NCBI RefSeq assembly: GCF_009914755.1
Contig: NC_060943.1
DNA length: 64,000 nt
Strand: one strand, 5' to 3'
DNA from: the human T2T-CHM13v2.0 reference genome, Homo sapiens
In this document: piece after piece, positions 1 through 18,154 of the stretch
Numbering within the stretch: position 1 is the first letter of the stretch
Layout of the letters: every line of letters begins with the position of its first letter
Notes under the pieces: model-generated
Databases searched by the model: none
Seen by the model: the letters and a program-made list of their open reading frames with translations, nothing else
What the model was told of the DNA's origin: nothing
Translations under genes and position numbers: made by a program

Positions 1-589
1 CTGGGGCAGGCGGGCTGGGCTGGATCTGGGAGATCCAGAGGGGTCCTCAGCTGTGGAGGGGGAGCACTGGAGAGGACGTGACCTGGGACCTGGGCTCAGG
101 CACACAGTGAGTTGGCTACCAAGATGGGGCATCAGGAAGAAGCACAGGCTTGGGTCAGATGTGCTGAGCAGTCAGGACCTGCAGGGTTGGAGGGGCCCAA
201 GGGGCGCCCTGGATGTGGCTTGACGTGCTGCGCTGGGCACGCATGGTGGACGGAGTGGTGGAGCAGGCAACTGGAGCCTAGAACGTGCCCGGCATGTTGC
301 AGACGCTCAAGAAACTTTCTGCAGCAAACGAAGAGGCAGATGCTGTGGGAGACACTGCCCGGGCTATGGTGGGGTTTGGGGGATCCCAGCTCCTGCCCTC
401 TGGCCCTGTGAGAACACCCTGGCTACAGCCCCCTCGGGGGGACGTGGCAAAGGCCTGAAGCCCCACAATCAAGCCTGGAACAATGGCCCTGAAGTGACTA
501 CAGGCTAGTTCTTACCCTGAAGATGCACTCTCTTCTGATTCTGAGACTCCCAGCGTGGTGAATGGTGTCAGGTGATTGTCTGTTGGCTC

Positions 590-626
590 GTTCATCCGTT
601 CATCCATCCATCCATCCATCCATCCA
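590..626 (+). repeat. (CCAT)n microsatellite
   Basis: Direct reading. Confidence 0.9.
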
Positions 627-665
627 AACCAAAATCAGCAAGCATCTCTTGGGTTTGGGGGATGA

Positions 666-887
<222 letters not shown>

Positions 888-1240
888 TAGAGATGGCGTT
901 TCACCATGTTGGCCAGGCTGGTCTCGCTCCTGACCTCAGGTGATCCACTCACTTTGGCCTCCCAAAGTGCTGGGATGACAGGCGTGAGCCACCGCGCCCG
1001 GACTGTCTAAATACAATGTCTAATAAGAAAAGGTTTTAAGCACCTGGAAAGCACAGAATCACATAAAAGACACCCATCTATTACTACATAGGTCAAAAAA
1101 CATCTTTTCTGTTTATCCCTTAAGTCAGGGGTCAGCAAACTTTTGTAAAGGGTCAGAGGAGATCAGGCGGAGGCCAGGATCTCCTCTGGGACAGGCTTTG
1201 AGCGTGGCCCTGGGGGTGGAGGGAGTGACCGAAATGGAGG

Positions 1241-2105
<865 letters not shown>

Positions 2106-2144
2106 TAGTCAAAGGCAGCAACATTCGCTCCAGCCTGGACTTGA

Positions 2145-2224
2145 AGGGCAAACGGCAGCCCCAGGGCAGCCCCTGGGGGAGGGCAAACAGCAGCCCCAGG
2201 GCAGCCCCTGGGGGAGGAGCAAAC
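2145..2224 (+). repeat. 35-bp tandem duplication with an internal CCCCAGGG..CCCTGGGG inverted repeat
   Basis: AGGGCAAACRGCAGCCCCAGGGCAGCCCCTGGGGG at 2145 and 2180. Confidence 0.85.
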
Positions 2225-2345
2225 TTAAGGCACATTCTTCAGATAAACTCCAGGGGGTCACTTAGCCAAACGAGCCCTGGGGCCTGCGTTTGGTCCTCTG
2301 GCCCCTCAGGCCCACCAGGATCCAAAGCGAACTCCTTCCCCGTCA

Positions 2346-3087
<742 letters not shown>

Positions 3088-3120
3088 CTATAAAAAAATT
3101 AAAAAAATAAAAAATAAAGA

Positions 3121-3290
3121 GCAGAAGCTCTCTTGGAAGCGGCTCCTCCAGCCCCAGTTGAGCCTTCAGAGGAGGCAGTCCCGGCTGACAGCTTCACCAC
3201 AGCCTCATGAGAGACCCCGAGCCAGGACCACCCAGCTACGCCGCTCCCAGACTCCTGACTCAGAAACTGTGTGAGGTCACAGATGTTGCC
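3121..3290 (+). mobile_element. MLT1-type (MaLR) LTR fragment
   Basis: AGCCTCATGAGAGACCCCGAGCCAG...CTCCTGACTCAGAAACTGTG. Confidence 0.65.
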
Positions 3291-4250
3291 TCAATGAACG
3301 TTTGCTGGACAGAGGCCCAGATGGAGAACACCTCCCCTCCTCCCCCTCCCCTCCCCTCCTGTCCTTCCCCTCCCTCCTCTCCTCCCCCTCCCTCCCCACA
3401 CCAGGCTTGGTCCTGCCCTAGGGCCTCCGCACAGGCTGCGCCTCTGCCTGGAACTCTCTCTCCCACCCAACCTTGTTCAGGTCTAGATCAAATGTCACCT
3501 CCTCAGAGAGTCCCCTCCCTGGTCACCCTGCCCCCGCTGGGTTTACTTCTCTCTACTCCTTGGATCCTCCACATTTGTTCCCTCTGAGGCCATGAGCCCG
3601 GCCAGGGCAGCGACTTCATCTTTCCCCTCTGCAACAGTGCAGACAGCACGAGCCTGGCACGTGGGTAAGGCTGCCTGCGACAGTGTCCTCCTCCCAGGAG
3701 TTCCACGGAGATCTGGGTCCAGGGCACAGTGGGCTTGGCTCAGGAGGGAAACGGGGTTGGATGGGGTCAAGAGCCCAGGGGCGCAGGCTGCTTCCCGTCT
3801 CTAACCACTGAGCCACCCTGGAACAGCTGGAGCGCAGGCAGGAGCTGGCCAGAGACGAGCTAGCCCACCTTCGCCGTGTGTGTGGCGGGGCCCGCACCAT
3901 ATGAGAACCCCATGGCTTAGTCACGCAATTGTCCCAACAACCCTGTGACGTAGGCACTATTACTGCTCCCATTATGCAGAGGCGGAAACTGAGGCTCAGA
4001 GAGGTCAGATCGCTTGCCTGATCATGCAGCAAAAATGTAGGGGTGGACGCACCTGATTCCAGGATGTCAGGCCCCAGTCTGCGTCACCACAGCAGGGACG
4101 GGAGGAGAGTGAGGAGGAGCCAGGCGGGGGAAGGGCAGAGGGGCCTCCCAGGCAGAGGCACAGCCAGTACGGAGGCCCCGGGGCAGGACCGTGTCTGGAG
4201 AGCTGGGATCAGCCCGGGCACAGCAGGAACATCCTGTGCAGAGCACAGCC

Positions 4251-4398
4251 AGCCCCCGCTTCCCCTCCCGGGCAGTCCCACACCTCCCCCACACTGGAGC
4301 CCCTGCTTCCCCTCCCGGGCAGTCCCACACCCCCCCCACGCTGGAGCCCCCGCTTCCTCTCCCGGGCAGTCCCACACCTCCCCCATGTTGGAGCCCCC
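4251..4398 (+). repeat. 47-bp C-rich tandem repeat, about 3 copies
   Basis: AGCCCCCGCTTCCCCTCCCGGGCAGTCCCACACCTCCCCCACACTGG at 4251, 4298, 4345. Confidence 0.9.
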
Positions 4399-5789
4399 AC
4401 CACCCCGACCAGTGCTGACTCTGTCTCTGCAGCAGGCCCGGCCCCCAGCACAGGAGAGGCAGAGCAGATGCTTCGGTGCCTGGAGCAGCACCCACAGCCT
4501 CCTGGCTGGGAAGTGGCCTCTGTGTCACCCACTGGACCTCAGGATTCCTCAAAATAAAGACGGAACGATAAGAAGAGCCTCCCGCTCACAGCGCTGCAGT
4601 GGTAACCACACCAGTCACGCATGAGCATTTCTTTGCCTTATAATTAGAGGCATCAAGATGAGCTCATTGCCGCCCCCTCACCCCACACACATCATCCAGC
4701 GCACAATCTCACAGCACTCACACACAGATGGGGACACCTGCTGCCTGCCAGGGTCCCTTCCATCCCGGGGACAGGGCCGAATTCCTTCCCCTTGAAAGTG
4801 GGCGGGTCTCAAGCCCTGCTTTGGCCAATCACATGATGCAGAAGTGACATGGGGGGAATTCTTCCATCAGCCTCTGCTCTCTTGGAATCCCTCCAGTACG
4901 ATGCTGGGGCCAGGCTGGAGGGTGGCAGCAATGCGGAGAGAGGCCTGGGACAGGAGGCCACCAGGGTGTGCTGGCACAAGCCAGATGCCGCAGCAGAACC
5001 GACCTGCTGAGCCCAGCCAAGCCCAGCCAATACTGGGAAACTGACAGCAAAAGCACTGCAGCGTGAAGCCTCTCAGTGTGGCAGTGGTTTGTTGCATAAT
5101 CCACGAATCCCACCACAGACGCACCCAGAGCGGGACCACCACCTGCTGAAGGTCACCCGGCACGTAGGGCCCAGGCAGCAAAGCCCCGGGCGGCTCTCTC
5201 CCTCTGAGCACCAGGATCTGGTTCCCTGTGACCCACCAGGAGAACTCAAGCTCTTAGTGCCACATGGCTTCCACCACTGTAGACACGTCACTCAGCAGTC
5301 AGGGCCAGACACGTGAATCTTAGAAGGTTCCAAGTTATTTCTGGGTGTGGGATGGGGGAGGGTCTCTTAATTTGCAACTTCCATCCTTTGGTGCCGTCTG
5401 AAATACATATTTTGTCATTTTTATTTATAGAAATGAGGCTTTTCTCAAAGCATTAACTCACTCAACTTGTAAAACAGGCAGAGGAAAAGAAAACAAACAG
5501 TGTGAACATCTGAAAAAGACGCCCAGACCCCTCTAATGATAAAAGACATGATATGAAACCAGCCTGCCAGCAATGGGTTGGGGACTCAGGGGGTCCTCAC
5601 ACGGCTGGGGGTGATGCCCGTGTCAATAGATTCTCCCCTAGGGGGCAGCCTGGCAGCATTTCTAATGTGTGTGCCCTTGGCAGCAACTTCAATTCTAGAA
5701 CTTTCTCCTAGACAACTTCGGCACAGGTAAAAAGACAGGAGTCTCGCTGATTATATGGAACTCATAAGGTCCTACAAAGACTGTCTAAA

Positions 5790-6270
<481 letters not shown>

Positions 6271-6274
6271 TGAT

Positions 6275-8369
<2,095 letters not shown>

Positions 8370-9789
8370 TCAGCACCAAGCTCCCGGGCGGGCCGGGGCA
8401 GGAGGCTGTGGGGCGTGGCCAGCCCGCAGGTGGCGGGGCCGACGGGATGGGTCAGGGTGCACAGAGCACACGCCAGCCCCTGGGGGAAGCCCGGCCCGTG
8501 CGGGCTGCGGGAGATCCTGATGGGCCCCGAGCTGAGGCTCCCGCAGCCAGGGTCTGCGCGTGGTCCCCACCTCCTTGCGCGCTCCGTCTCCAGCACAGCA
8601 GAGGTGGACGCCCCTCGCGGCTGGCTCCCCAGCGTCCCTGTCCTCCAGGGGCGCAGCGTCCCTCCGGGGAGTACAGTGTCCCTGAAGGGAATTCCTTCCA
8701 GAGCCTGAGGTTAGGCCGTGGTGGGAAACAGAGCGGGGTGCCGCAGGGGAGCCCGCAGGAGCTCCTGTTCCTCACCTGCGAGGGGGGGACGGCCTCTGGC
8801 CCCCTGCTGTGGGCGGGGAGGGATCTAGAAGACCGGAAGGCTATTTCCAGGGCAGCACCCCCAGGACTCTGGGGCACACACGTCCCCAGGCAGCTCCGGT
8901 GAGGCCACCCTCGCCCCCTGGTTTCAACTCCTGCTGTGAGCACCTGGCCTTTCCCTGGTCCACTGAGAGCCGCGTGTGTTTTTTGCGGTTTTGCTGGTGA
9001 TTCTGCTGCTGAAATTGCCCCCCCAGGCATTGTCCTCAGGTGGTTTCGTGTCCCTCAGGGCTAGAGACCCGGATGAGCCCCATGGAGAAACCCGTAGTGA
9101 GAGAAGCTTTGCTCAAACAGGACTGAGAGCGGAAAGAGAGAGAGAGAGAGGAGAGTGGGGGGAGAACGAGAGCGAGAGACACACCGAGCTGGTGGGCCGG
9201 GGGAGGGGGACCCACACCCACGTCGCCATGGCCCCCCACCCCGTTTTTGAGCCCCCACACAGCCGAATACATGCCCCCGGTCCCCCTTCCAGCCTTGTCC
9301 CCAACACAGCCTGCAAATGGGCGGGGGCCTGGGAGAGTGCCCGGGATGGGGCTGGGGGGTGGGGGGGGCTTGGCGCACGCGGCCTATGGTCTGTGAGCTC
9401 CCTGTGGATAAATCAACAACACGGGTGTCTTTAAAATTTTCTTAGGATCTCACTCTGTCGCCCAGGCTGGAGTGCAGTGGTGCAATCACGGCTCACTGCA
9501 GCCTCAAACTCCTGGGCTCAGTAATCCAGTTATTCTCCCACCTCAGCCTCCCAAAGTGCTGGGATTACAGGTGTGAGCCACCGCACCCAGCCCTAAAATA
9601 ACACGCCTTGAAATAAAAACGAACATACAACAAGGTCACGTATCGACTGGCTGATGGAAACATCATGCCCAGAGGCTCACAGGAACCCGACCTTGGGTTT
9701 CCCCTGGAGCCAGGGCTCAGTGTGCGCCTGAAGTGTCTGCAGCAGCTTCACAAAGGAACTACCACAAACAGGCCTGGCGCAGTGGCTCA

Positions 9790-10065
<276 letters not shown>

Positions 10066-12859
10066 TTAAAATAAAATAAAGAACTACCACAAATAATGGA
10101 ACTGGCTGCTTCAGGCAGAGAGGTACCATGCCAGCAATCAACACGCAAATGGCCTGACATAATCACACACGCACACGCTAACACACACACACTAACTCAC
10201 ATGCACTCTCACACACACAAACTTGCACACACTAACGTACACTCCCCCCCCACACACAGAATGATAAAGACATGGCAAAACGTTAGCAGCTGGTGGATCT
10301 CTGTGCGGGCTGTACAGGTCTTCACTGTAGCATTCTTGCCCCTTCTATAGGCTGGAAAGCTTTCCAAATAAACTATTTTTAATAGCCTAATATAATCTGA
10401 GCCCCAAGTGTATGGGCCAGAGAAACACCTGGGGTGACAGTCATTATCTCCACAGAGATGGAGAGGGTGAGGTGGGACTCACTTTTTACTCACTGCAAGT
10501 CTGATTACTTTTTTTTTTTTTAACTGTGAACATGTTATCATTTGTTCAAGACGAGACATGGCTGTAGCATGAAGGTAAAGGCAGAGGAGTGGAGCAGAAT
10601 AAAAAGTCCAGAAATAGGCTGGGCGCACTGGCTCACACCTGTAACCCCAGCACATCGAGAAGCCAAGGCAAGAGGATCACTTGAGGCCAGGAGCTCGAGA
10701 CCAGCCCAGGCAACATGGGAAGACCCTGTCTCCATAAAAGATGAAAAATTAGCTATGCATGGTGGCGCACACCTGCAGTCCCAGCTAGTTGGGAGGCTGG
10801 TTTGAACCCAGGAGGTCGAGGCTGCGGTGAGCTACAATCGTGTCACTGAACTCTAGCCTGGGTGATACAGCGAGACCCTGTCTTAAAAAAAAAAAAAAAG
10901 AATTGAAATGTGAACAAAAAAGAAGCTAAGTTATAAAAGTCTTAGCAGAATTTAATCATAACCTCAGAACAGGAAGACTTTCCCATTCATGACACCAAAC
11001 TAGGAAACCAGAAAAGGAAAGAGTGATAAGTTTGACCACATAAACCCCAAAATACCTGCCAGACGTTAACAATCATCGTAGGAGAAGATGGGCAAAGAAG
11101 TACCTGCACTTGTGTCACCAATAAATGAGTAGCTGCCATAACAAATAAAGAGCTCCTACGAATCAACAAAATGGTGACAGATAACTGTAGACTGGGAAAG
11201 ACACAATCATACAGGTCCCAGAAAATGAGGTCAGAGTTCAACCTGACGTGTGTGCTTACAAGAAGGAACTGTGCAAGGAAAATGGGCCGGGGAGGGTGGA
11301 GGTCGGGGCCACGGAGCTTGCAGGAGCTGAGGCAGCTCAGAGCCAGCCTCGGTGGTGACCCCGTCTCCCTGGTGGGGACACTCCATTTTCCAGCTCTTGA
11401 TAGAAACACAGGTGACCGTCGGGAGGAGTGGGAGGGAGCTCCTGTGTGGCGAGTCCCTTCGCCTCTAGTGGTCTCTGCTCCCCTTGTGGAAACGCAGTTC
11501 CAAGAAAACAAAGAGGAAATGCTGCGAAGAGCCACAAGGACTTTTTCTCTGAGTCACAAGAAGACGAATATACGCTGCAATGACGCAGTGAGGGAAGAAG
11601 TCGCCTTGCACCCATATGGCTGCTGAGGATGGGAGAGATGGACGCGTCCTCCGCTGCCGGAACACGGAGCGCCCGGTCTGGTACAGTGCTGATGCTGCGT
11701 TTTGTTTTCTGGATTTTACGACATCTTGGGGGCCTCGCTAATCTGGGGATGACGGCCCCTTCCAGGGTAAGCGGATTCCTAAACGTTGCAAACGGCCCGC
11801 CTGCGAGCACACTGTGACGTGCAGAGCAACCAACCGCGAGCCCACGCACCTGATCAAACTCTCACGCGCCACGCCCAGGTTCCCTGCCCTGAATCACCCC
11901 AGGGCCAGCTCCCAGAACAGGGACCACCCCAACAGCCAAGAGCCGCAAACAGTCGGGAGTCAAACCAGCCCATCCTAGGCACACCCAGCCCATCTACCCC
12001 GCCTGGCCCGTCCCTTCCAACCAAAGCCTCGGGAACTGTAACACAAGAGCTTTTCAATAGCAGTCACCTCCTGCTCTCTTGGCCTCACCAGGCCTGATTT
12101 AAACCAATCAGAGTGCATCTGAATACACGTACCACCTTTCTGGGTTACAGAAGCATAGAGCCTTTACTGCACTGGGGGTGACAGCACCTCCGTCAACCTG
12201 GGATCTGAGAGATCGGGGAGCAAAACCACCAAAGCCCCCAACACAAGCGAGAAATGAGCCTCTGGGATGGCCGGGAGAGTGGGGATGTTTGTTTTAGCAG
12301 CAGACGCCAAGCCAGGCTGGCTCATACGCGCCCACAGGCACAGGCCCCGAGGCAGCTGCTCCCACCCCAGGCTCTTTTCCCTGCCCCAGCAGCCCCGCCC
12401 ATGTCAGCGCATGCACCGTGGCCAGTCCAAGCACCGCACGGGAAGGGTGCACAGTGGGAGCTGCCCGCTCACGTCCCTGTCCCCACTCCCTGGGCGCCCA
12501 CCATGGGCAGGGCCGGCTCTGAGCCTTTTGTGTGCATTGACTCATCTAATCCTCAAGGGACATTGCTTTCCAAATGAGGAAACTGAGGCACGGAGCGGCT
12601 GGGCAACCGAACCCAATCATCTCAGCTGTCCTCCTGCCAACAGCACAATGGAACAGAGACACCGTCCACTGAGCACAGCCACCACCAGGGTCCCGACGGC
12701 CCCACCCAGTCCCACTGCCGGCTCCCACCACGGCCCCCAACGCTCCCTACAGGGGCTCCTGGGGCCTCCCTCGCAGCTCGGCCATGCTGGGCCCCGGCGG
12801 CCCCCATGCTGCCCTTCCTGCATCCATCTTGGCTGAGGGCAGCTCTGTCCTTCCAGGGC

Positions 12860-13500
12860 TCAGGCTAAAATCTTGATTTCAAACTCAATCCCCCCTCAGC
12901 CCCACACTCAACCTTCAAAAGGTCCTGCTGGCTCTGCTTCCAAAATCCATCCCAGATGGCGCACTGCTCATGGTCCCCACCTGGCCCAGCCCCAGCTTCG
13001 CCCACCTGGGCCAGTGCAGTCCCCTCTGCCCTGGTTCCCCTAGCCCACGTCCCGCCCTCACCCCATCTGTCCTCCCCACAGCAGCCACCAGGGGGTGCCT
13101 GTGAGCTCCTGAGTCTCGCCCATCCCTCCTCTGCCCGCAGCCCTCCATGGCTCCCACCTCCCTTGGGGTCAAAGCCCAAGTCCTCCCTGCAGCCCACAAG
13201 GCCCTGCACACCCTGCCCCGTCCCCTCCCTGCCCTCCCCTCCTCACTGTTCCTCTAAAACACCAGGCGTGGTCCTGCCCCAGAGCCTTTGCACAGTGCCT
13301 CTGCCAGACAGCTCCCTCCACACTTCCACAACCCCCTCACTTCCCCTGGATCTCTGTTCAAGTGTGGCCCCCGAGTCCCCAGCCTTGAGGGCACCTCCGC
13401 CGCCACTCTCTCCCCTCCTCTGCTCGGCTCTTCTCCGTGGCACTTGTCCACTGCGTTGCGTGTTTTGCTTTTCTTTGCTGTCTGTATGTCCTGGCCCCAC
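12860..13500. mobile_element. L2 (LINE2) relic, GC-shifted
   Basis: CCTCCATGGCTCCC..CAAAGCCCAAGTCCT..GCCTTTGCAC L2 3' region motifs. Confidence 0.65.
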
Positions 13501-14507
13501 TCCCAGAGTTCCTTAGGGGGCCTGGCCCTCTCGTTCCCCCAGGCTCCCAGCACCCGGCCACAGCACACGCAGGAAAGCACACGTAGACGATGCCCGAACC
13601 ACACCCCACTCCCGGAAACCTTCAGCAGCAGCCCTGCCTGCAAAGTGGAGGCATGAGGCATTTCAGTGGAGGAGAGCGGCCGGGCAGGGTGCTGGGGTCC
13701 TCTCTTCACTCAGCCAGAGGCCGGGTCCCCTCGCACCCCCATGCCAGCTCAGGCACCTGGGGGCCCTCATGCTCGACTCCAGCCCCTCCCAAGCTGGCCT
13801 CTCAGGGTGGCGGGGAGGCAGGTGCAGGGGCTCCGAGCTAATCCCCTCAGGCTGTAATCCCCATGAGTACTGGCACCACCACGGGCCCCGTCCAGCTGGC
13901 GCCTGCTGGCAAATCCTTGCAGGGTCTTGACCGGCCTGGTCCTGCGTGAAGGGACATGCTGCCGGGGCCAGGCGGCAGGCGGCAGGCGGCAGGGAGGCCT
14001 GGGCCCCGCTCCTCGTTCACAGCCCCACCCTGTGTGGACTCTCCAGCCCTCCTGGAGCCTCGGTTTCCCCATCTGTAAACAAAGACCCAGGTCGTGCAGC
14101 TTCCCAGGGGCTAGGGCCTCACCCATCCCTGTCCTGCCAGGCACTCAGGACACCCGCAGCTCTTGTTCCAAAAGGGAAAGAAGGGGCCACCATGGGGGCG
14201 CATGCCTGTAACCCCAGCACTTTGGGAGGTGGAGGCAGGAGGGCTGCTTGGGACCAAGGGTTCGAGACCCTCGCACCCTGGACAACATAGTGAGACCTCA
14301 CCTCTACAAAAAAGTTTTAAAAATTTAAAAGAGGCTGGGCGCGGTGGCTCACACCTGTAATCCCAGCACTTTGGGAGGCTGAGGCGGGCGGATCACCAGG
14401 TCAGGAGATCAACACCCTCCTGGCTAACACGGTGAAACCCTGTCTCTACTAAAAATACAAAACATTAGCCGGGCGTAGTGGCGGACGCCTGTAGTCCCAG
14501 CTACTCA

Positions 14508-14651
<144 letters not shown>

Positions 14652-15284
14652 TCACTTGCTCAGAGGCACACGGGTCTAAGCGGCCAAGGCAGGCTCAGCC
14701 CACACCAGGCCCTGGGACCACCCTGCCCAGGCTCCCGGAGCCTCCACCTGCTTTGGGGGTCCCCACTGCCTGCTCACCCCACATCGGCACACACCTGCCA
14801 CAGTGCCTGGGCTCCCAGTCCTGCTCTGTCCTCAGTCCTCGCCACCCCAGCCACCAGCTCCAGGGCCCAGGCCAAAATCCTTCCAGGCCCCTCGTCTGCC
14901 TCCAGGCACCGGTGGCACTCACCTGGACACCTGCCCCAACCCCACAGAGCACTGCCCACGGACCATCCCCCACCAGGCGCTGTGAATCGGGCTCGCCGCC
15001 CCACTCAGATGCCCGTGCCACCCGCTGTCCTCAGGTCCGACCCCACGCGACCCTCTCCCACCACGTTGACTTCACTTCTGCGGCTCAAGTGGGTGCAGCA
15101 AGTTCCCACCCCACGGCCTCGGCGCGACTATTCCGCTGCCTACATCGCCTGAGCCACAGCCCACCCTTATTCAGCTCGTGGGGACAGTCACCTCCCTCCG
15201 AGTCCTCAGCTGCCGCAGGCCTGGCCACTTGACCTCCCAGGTGCCCTCACCACACTCATCACCGCCCAACGCAGCCCGGCTCTG

Positions 15285-15520
15285 GGCTGGGCAAACATCT
15301 TCCGTAAAGGACCGGGCAGCAAGTGTTTTCGGCTTCGTGGGACACGTAGCCCCAAGCATGGCCACTCAGCTCCCAGCTCTGCCGCTGCAGCGTGGGGGCC
15401 ACCAAGGCCGGCAACGGAACAAATGGTGTGGCCGTTGCCAATAAAACTTTGTTGACAAGAAGCGGCATGGACAGATTCGGGTGGGGTCTCACGTGGCCAC
15501 TTGTTCCCATCTGCAGCCTG
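15285..15520. mobile_element. MER58A relic
   Basis: GGCAAAC...GTAAAGG...CCAATAAAACTTT motifs. Confidence 0.7.
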
Positions 15521-16769
15521 ACGCCCAGCAACCTGAGGGCTCCAAGGGGTCAGCGAGGCAGTCCCGTTAGCACCAGAAGACTGGGCACCCTGAGCCCCAC
15601 CTGGCCCACACGAGGTGCTCAACAAAGGTCTGGAGCCCAGGAGTGGAACTCACACTTTCACGAGCCGACTCCCATGGCGGACCCCAGCGCCCAGGTGAGC
15701 TCGCTTGGCACCTGGGCCCCGGAAGCAGCACACGAAGGGGACTCCCTCTCCTCCAACAGCAACCTGGGACGGAGGGGGCACCCAGCTTTCTCACGGGGCC
15801 GGCTGCCTGTCCCGTGCCTTCTAAGGGCTTTACCCCATGATTCTCCATGCAGCCCAGGAGAAAGGCAGCCATCACGCCCACTTTACAGACAGGTACACCG
15901 AGGCTGCACATCCCCGGCTGGCATGCAATGGCGCTGGGTGTGAACCCAGGAGGGCCGGCCCCCGAGGCCTCTCCACTGGGACACCCAGGCTGTGGTGGTC
16001 ACAGTGCCTGACCTGCATCCCGGGAGGCGGCCAGGGCGGGAGAGAATGGGGAACTTTCCGTCCCCAGTGTCCTCAGCCTCCGCCTGGGCCCTGCTGACTT
16101 GCAACAAGAGACACCACAATCCCACTGACCCTTTTTTTTTTTTTTTTTTGAGATACGATTCTGCTGTCACCCAGGCATGCAGTGGCACGATCACAGCTCA
16201 GTGCAGCCTCAGCCTCCCAGGCTCAGGTGATCCTCCTGCCTCAGCCTCCTGAGTAGCTGGAACTACAGGTACATACCATTACGTCTAGCTACTTCTTTTA
16301 ATTTTTTTTTAGTAGAGACAGGGGTCTTGCTATGTTGCTCCAGGCTGGTCTCAAACTCCTGAGATCAAGTGATCCTCCTGCTTCAGCCTCCCAAAATGCT
16401 GGGATTACAGGTGTGAGCCACCGTGCCCGGCCTCCCTGACCTTTTTACACAGACCACCACAGCTACAGGGAGGCCCTGGTGGCGGTGCTGACTCCCTGCC
16501 CGGCCGCCCTGTGACCACACTACACTGTGCTCCAGGCAGGCGGGGCCTCTGCTGGGGCCATGCCCTCTTCCTGCCCAATGCCCACAGGTCTCCCTCGGAT
16601 GCCACCTTCTTGGCAAGGCCTTCCCAGCCACCCCATTCTACCTTACCCTTCCTCCCTGGCACTGCTGGCCTCATGCACCTGATGTTCACCAGGATCTGCA
16701 CTGTGCTGAGCTCTTCCGGGCGCAGGGGATGCCGCAGGAGTGGCACAGACGGTCTTGGCCCTCGTGGAG

Positions 16770-17270
16770 CTCTCGCTCAGGAGGAGATGGTCAGAAAACA
16801 CGTCAGCAGAGCCATATGTTTCAGGTGGTGACAAACGCTATGGTGGCACAATCAGGGAAGAGGAACCGGGAGGGCAGGGGACGGAGAAGGGGAGACCGCT
16901 GTGTGGTGACAGCAGGGCAGGGAGGCCTCACGGAGAGGAGATGCTCCCACAAAACCTGGAAAGCGCTAAGGGAGCAAAGGACACAGATGGGAGGAGGGGC
17001 ATTCCGGGGTGGGGGTGGGGGGCAGCCGTGCAAAGGCCCCGGGGCAGGACCATGCCCTGCATGCTGGAGGAACAGCAAGGGGCCCATGGGCCTACAGCAG
17101 AGTGCAGACGGGAGGGCAGGGAGGGCAGAGTGCGGAGGGGAGGGCAGGGAGGGCAGGGAGGGCCCGGGGCAGGCTGTGCAGGGCCTGATGGGCTTCAAAG
17201 AGGACTATGTCTTTGACCCCAAGGGAGGTGGGAGCCATGGAGGGCTGCGAGCAGAGGAGGGTCGGGACTC
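16770..17270. mobile_element. L2 relic in opposite orientation to 12860-13500
   Basis: GTGCAAAGGCCCCGGGGCAGGA...GGAGCCATGGAGGG. Confidence 0.65.
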
Positions 17271-17360
17271 GGGCCGCTGGTTTTTAATGGGGTCCTCCTG
17301 GAATGTGGGACAGGGAGCAGAGGAAGAGCAGGGGCGCCAGGCCTGGCTCAGGGGGCAAAG

Positions 17361-17950
17361 GAGGACTGAGCTGGACCGAGGAGGACTGAGCTGGACGGAG
17401 GAGGATCGAGCTGGACCGAGGAGGACCGAGCTGGACAAAGGAGGACTGAGCTGGACCGGGGAGGACCGAGCTGGACCAAGGAGGACCGAGCTGGACCGAG
17501 GAGGACCAAGGAGGACCGAGCCAGACGAAGGAGGACTGAGCCGGACGAAGGAGAACCGAGCCGGACAGAGGAGGACCAAGCTGGACTGGGGAGGACTGAG
17601 CCGGATGGAGGAGGACTAAGCTGGACCGGGGAGGACCGAGCTGGACCCGGGAGGACCGAGCCAGATGGAGGAGGACCAAGCCGGATAGAGGACCGAGCCG
17701 GATGGAGGAGGACTGGGCCGGACGGAGGAGGACCGAGCTGGACCGGGGAGGACCGAGCCAGACAGAGGAGGACTGAGCCAGACGGAGGAGGACTGAGCTG
17801 GACCGGGGAGTACTCAGCCAGACGGAGGAGGACCGAGCTGTACGGAGGAGGACCGAGCTGGACCGAGGAGGACCGAGCTGGACCGGGGAGGACCGAGCTG
17901 GACCAGGGAGGACCAAGCTGGACCCGGGAGGACCAAGCTGGACCCGGGAG
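17361..17950 (+). repeat. 20-bp minisatellite (GAGGACCGAGCTGGACCGAG), about 29 copies
   Basis: Direct 20-nt periodicity with variant units. Confidence 0.95.
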
Positions 17951-18021
17951 AGGCAGAGGACAGGGAAGGAGTCAGTGGGTTCTGGGCCAGTTCTGAAGGT
18001 GAAGCTGCCATCATTTGCTGC

Positions 18022-18154
18022 CAGATCAGCCGTGGAAGTGGGGCAGGGGCAGGGATGCAGCTGACCTTTCCAGGGCATCACAGAGACAGATCAGCCGTGG
18101 GAGTGGGGCAGGGGCAGGGATGGAGCTGACCGTTCTGGGGCATCACAGAGACAG
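18022..18154 (+). repeat. 65-bp tandem duplication
   Basis: CAGATCAGCCGTGG...GGGCATCACAGAGA at 18022 and 18087. Confidence 0.88.

Noticed and set aside
16729-18081. Long ORFs of 296 aa (+) and 265 aa (-)
   Set aside because: Produced by GC-rich L2 sequence and the 20-bp minisatellite; repetitive peptides, no splice or domain evidence
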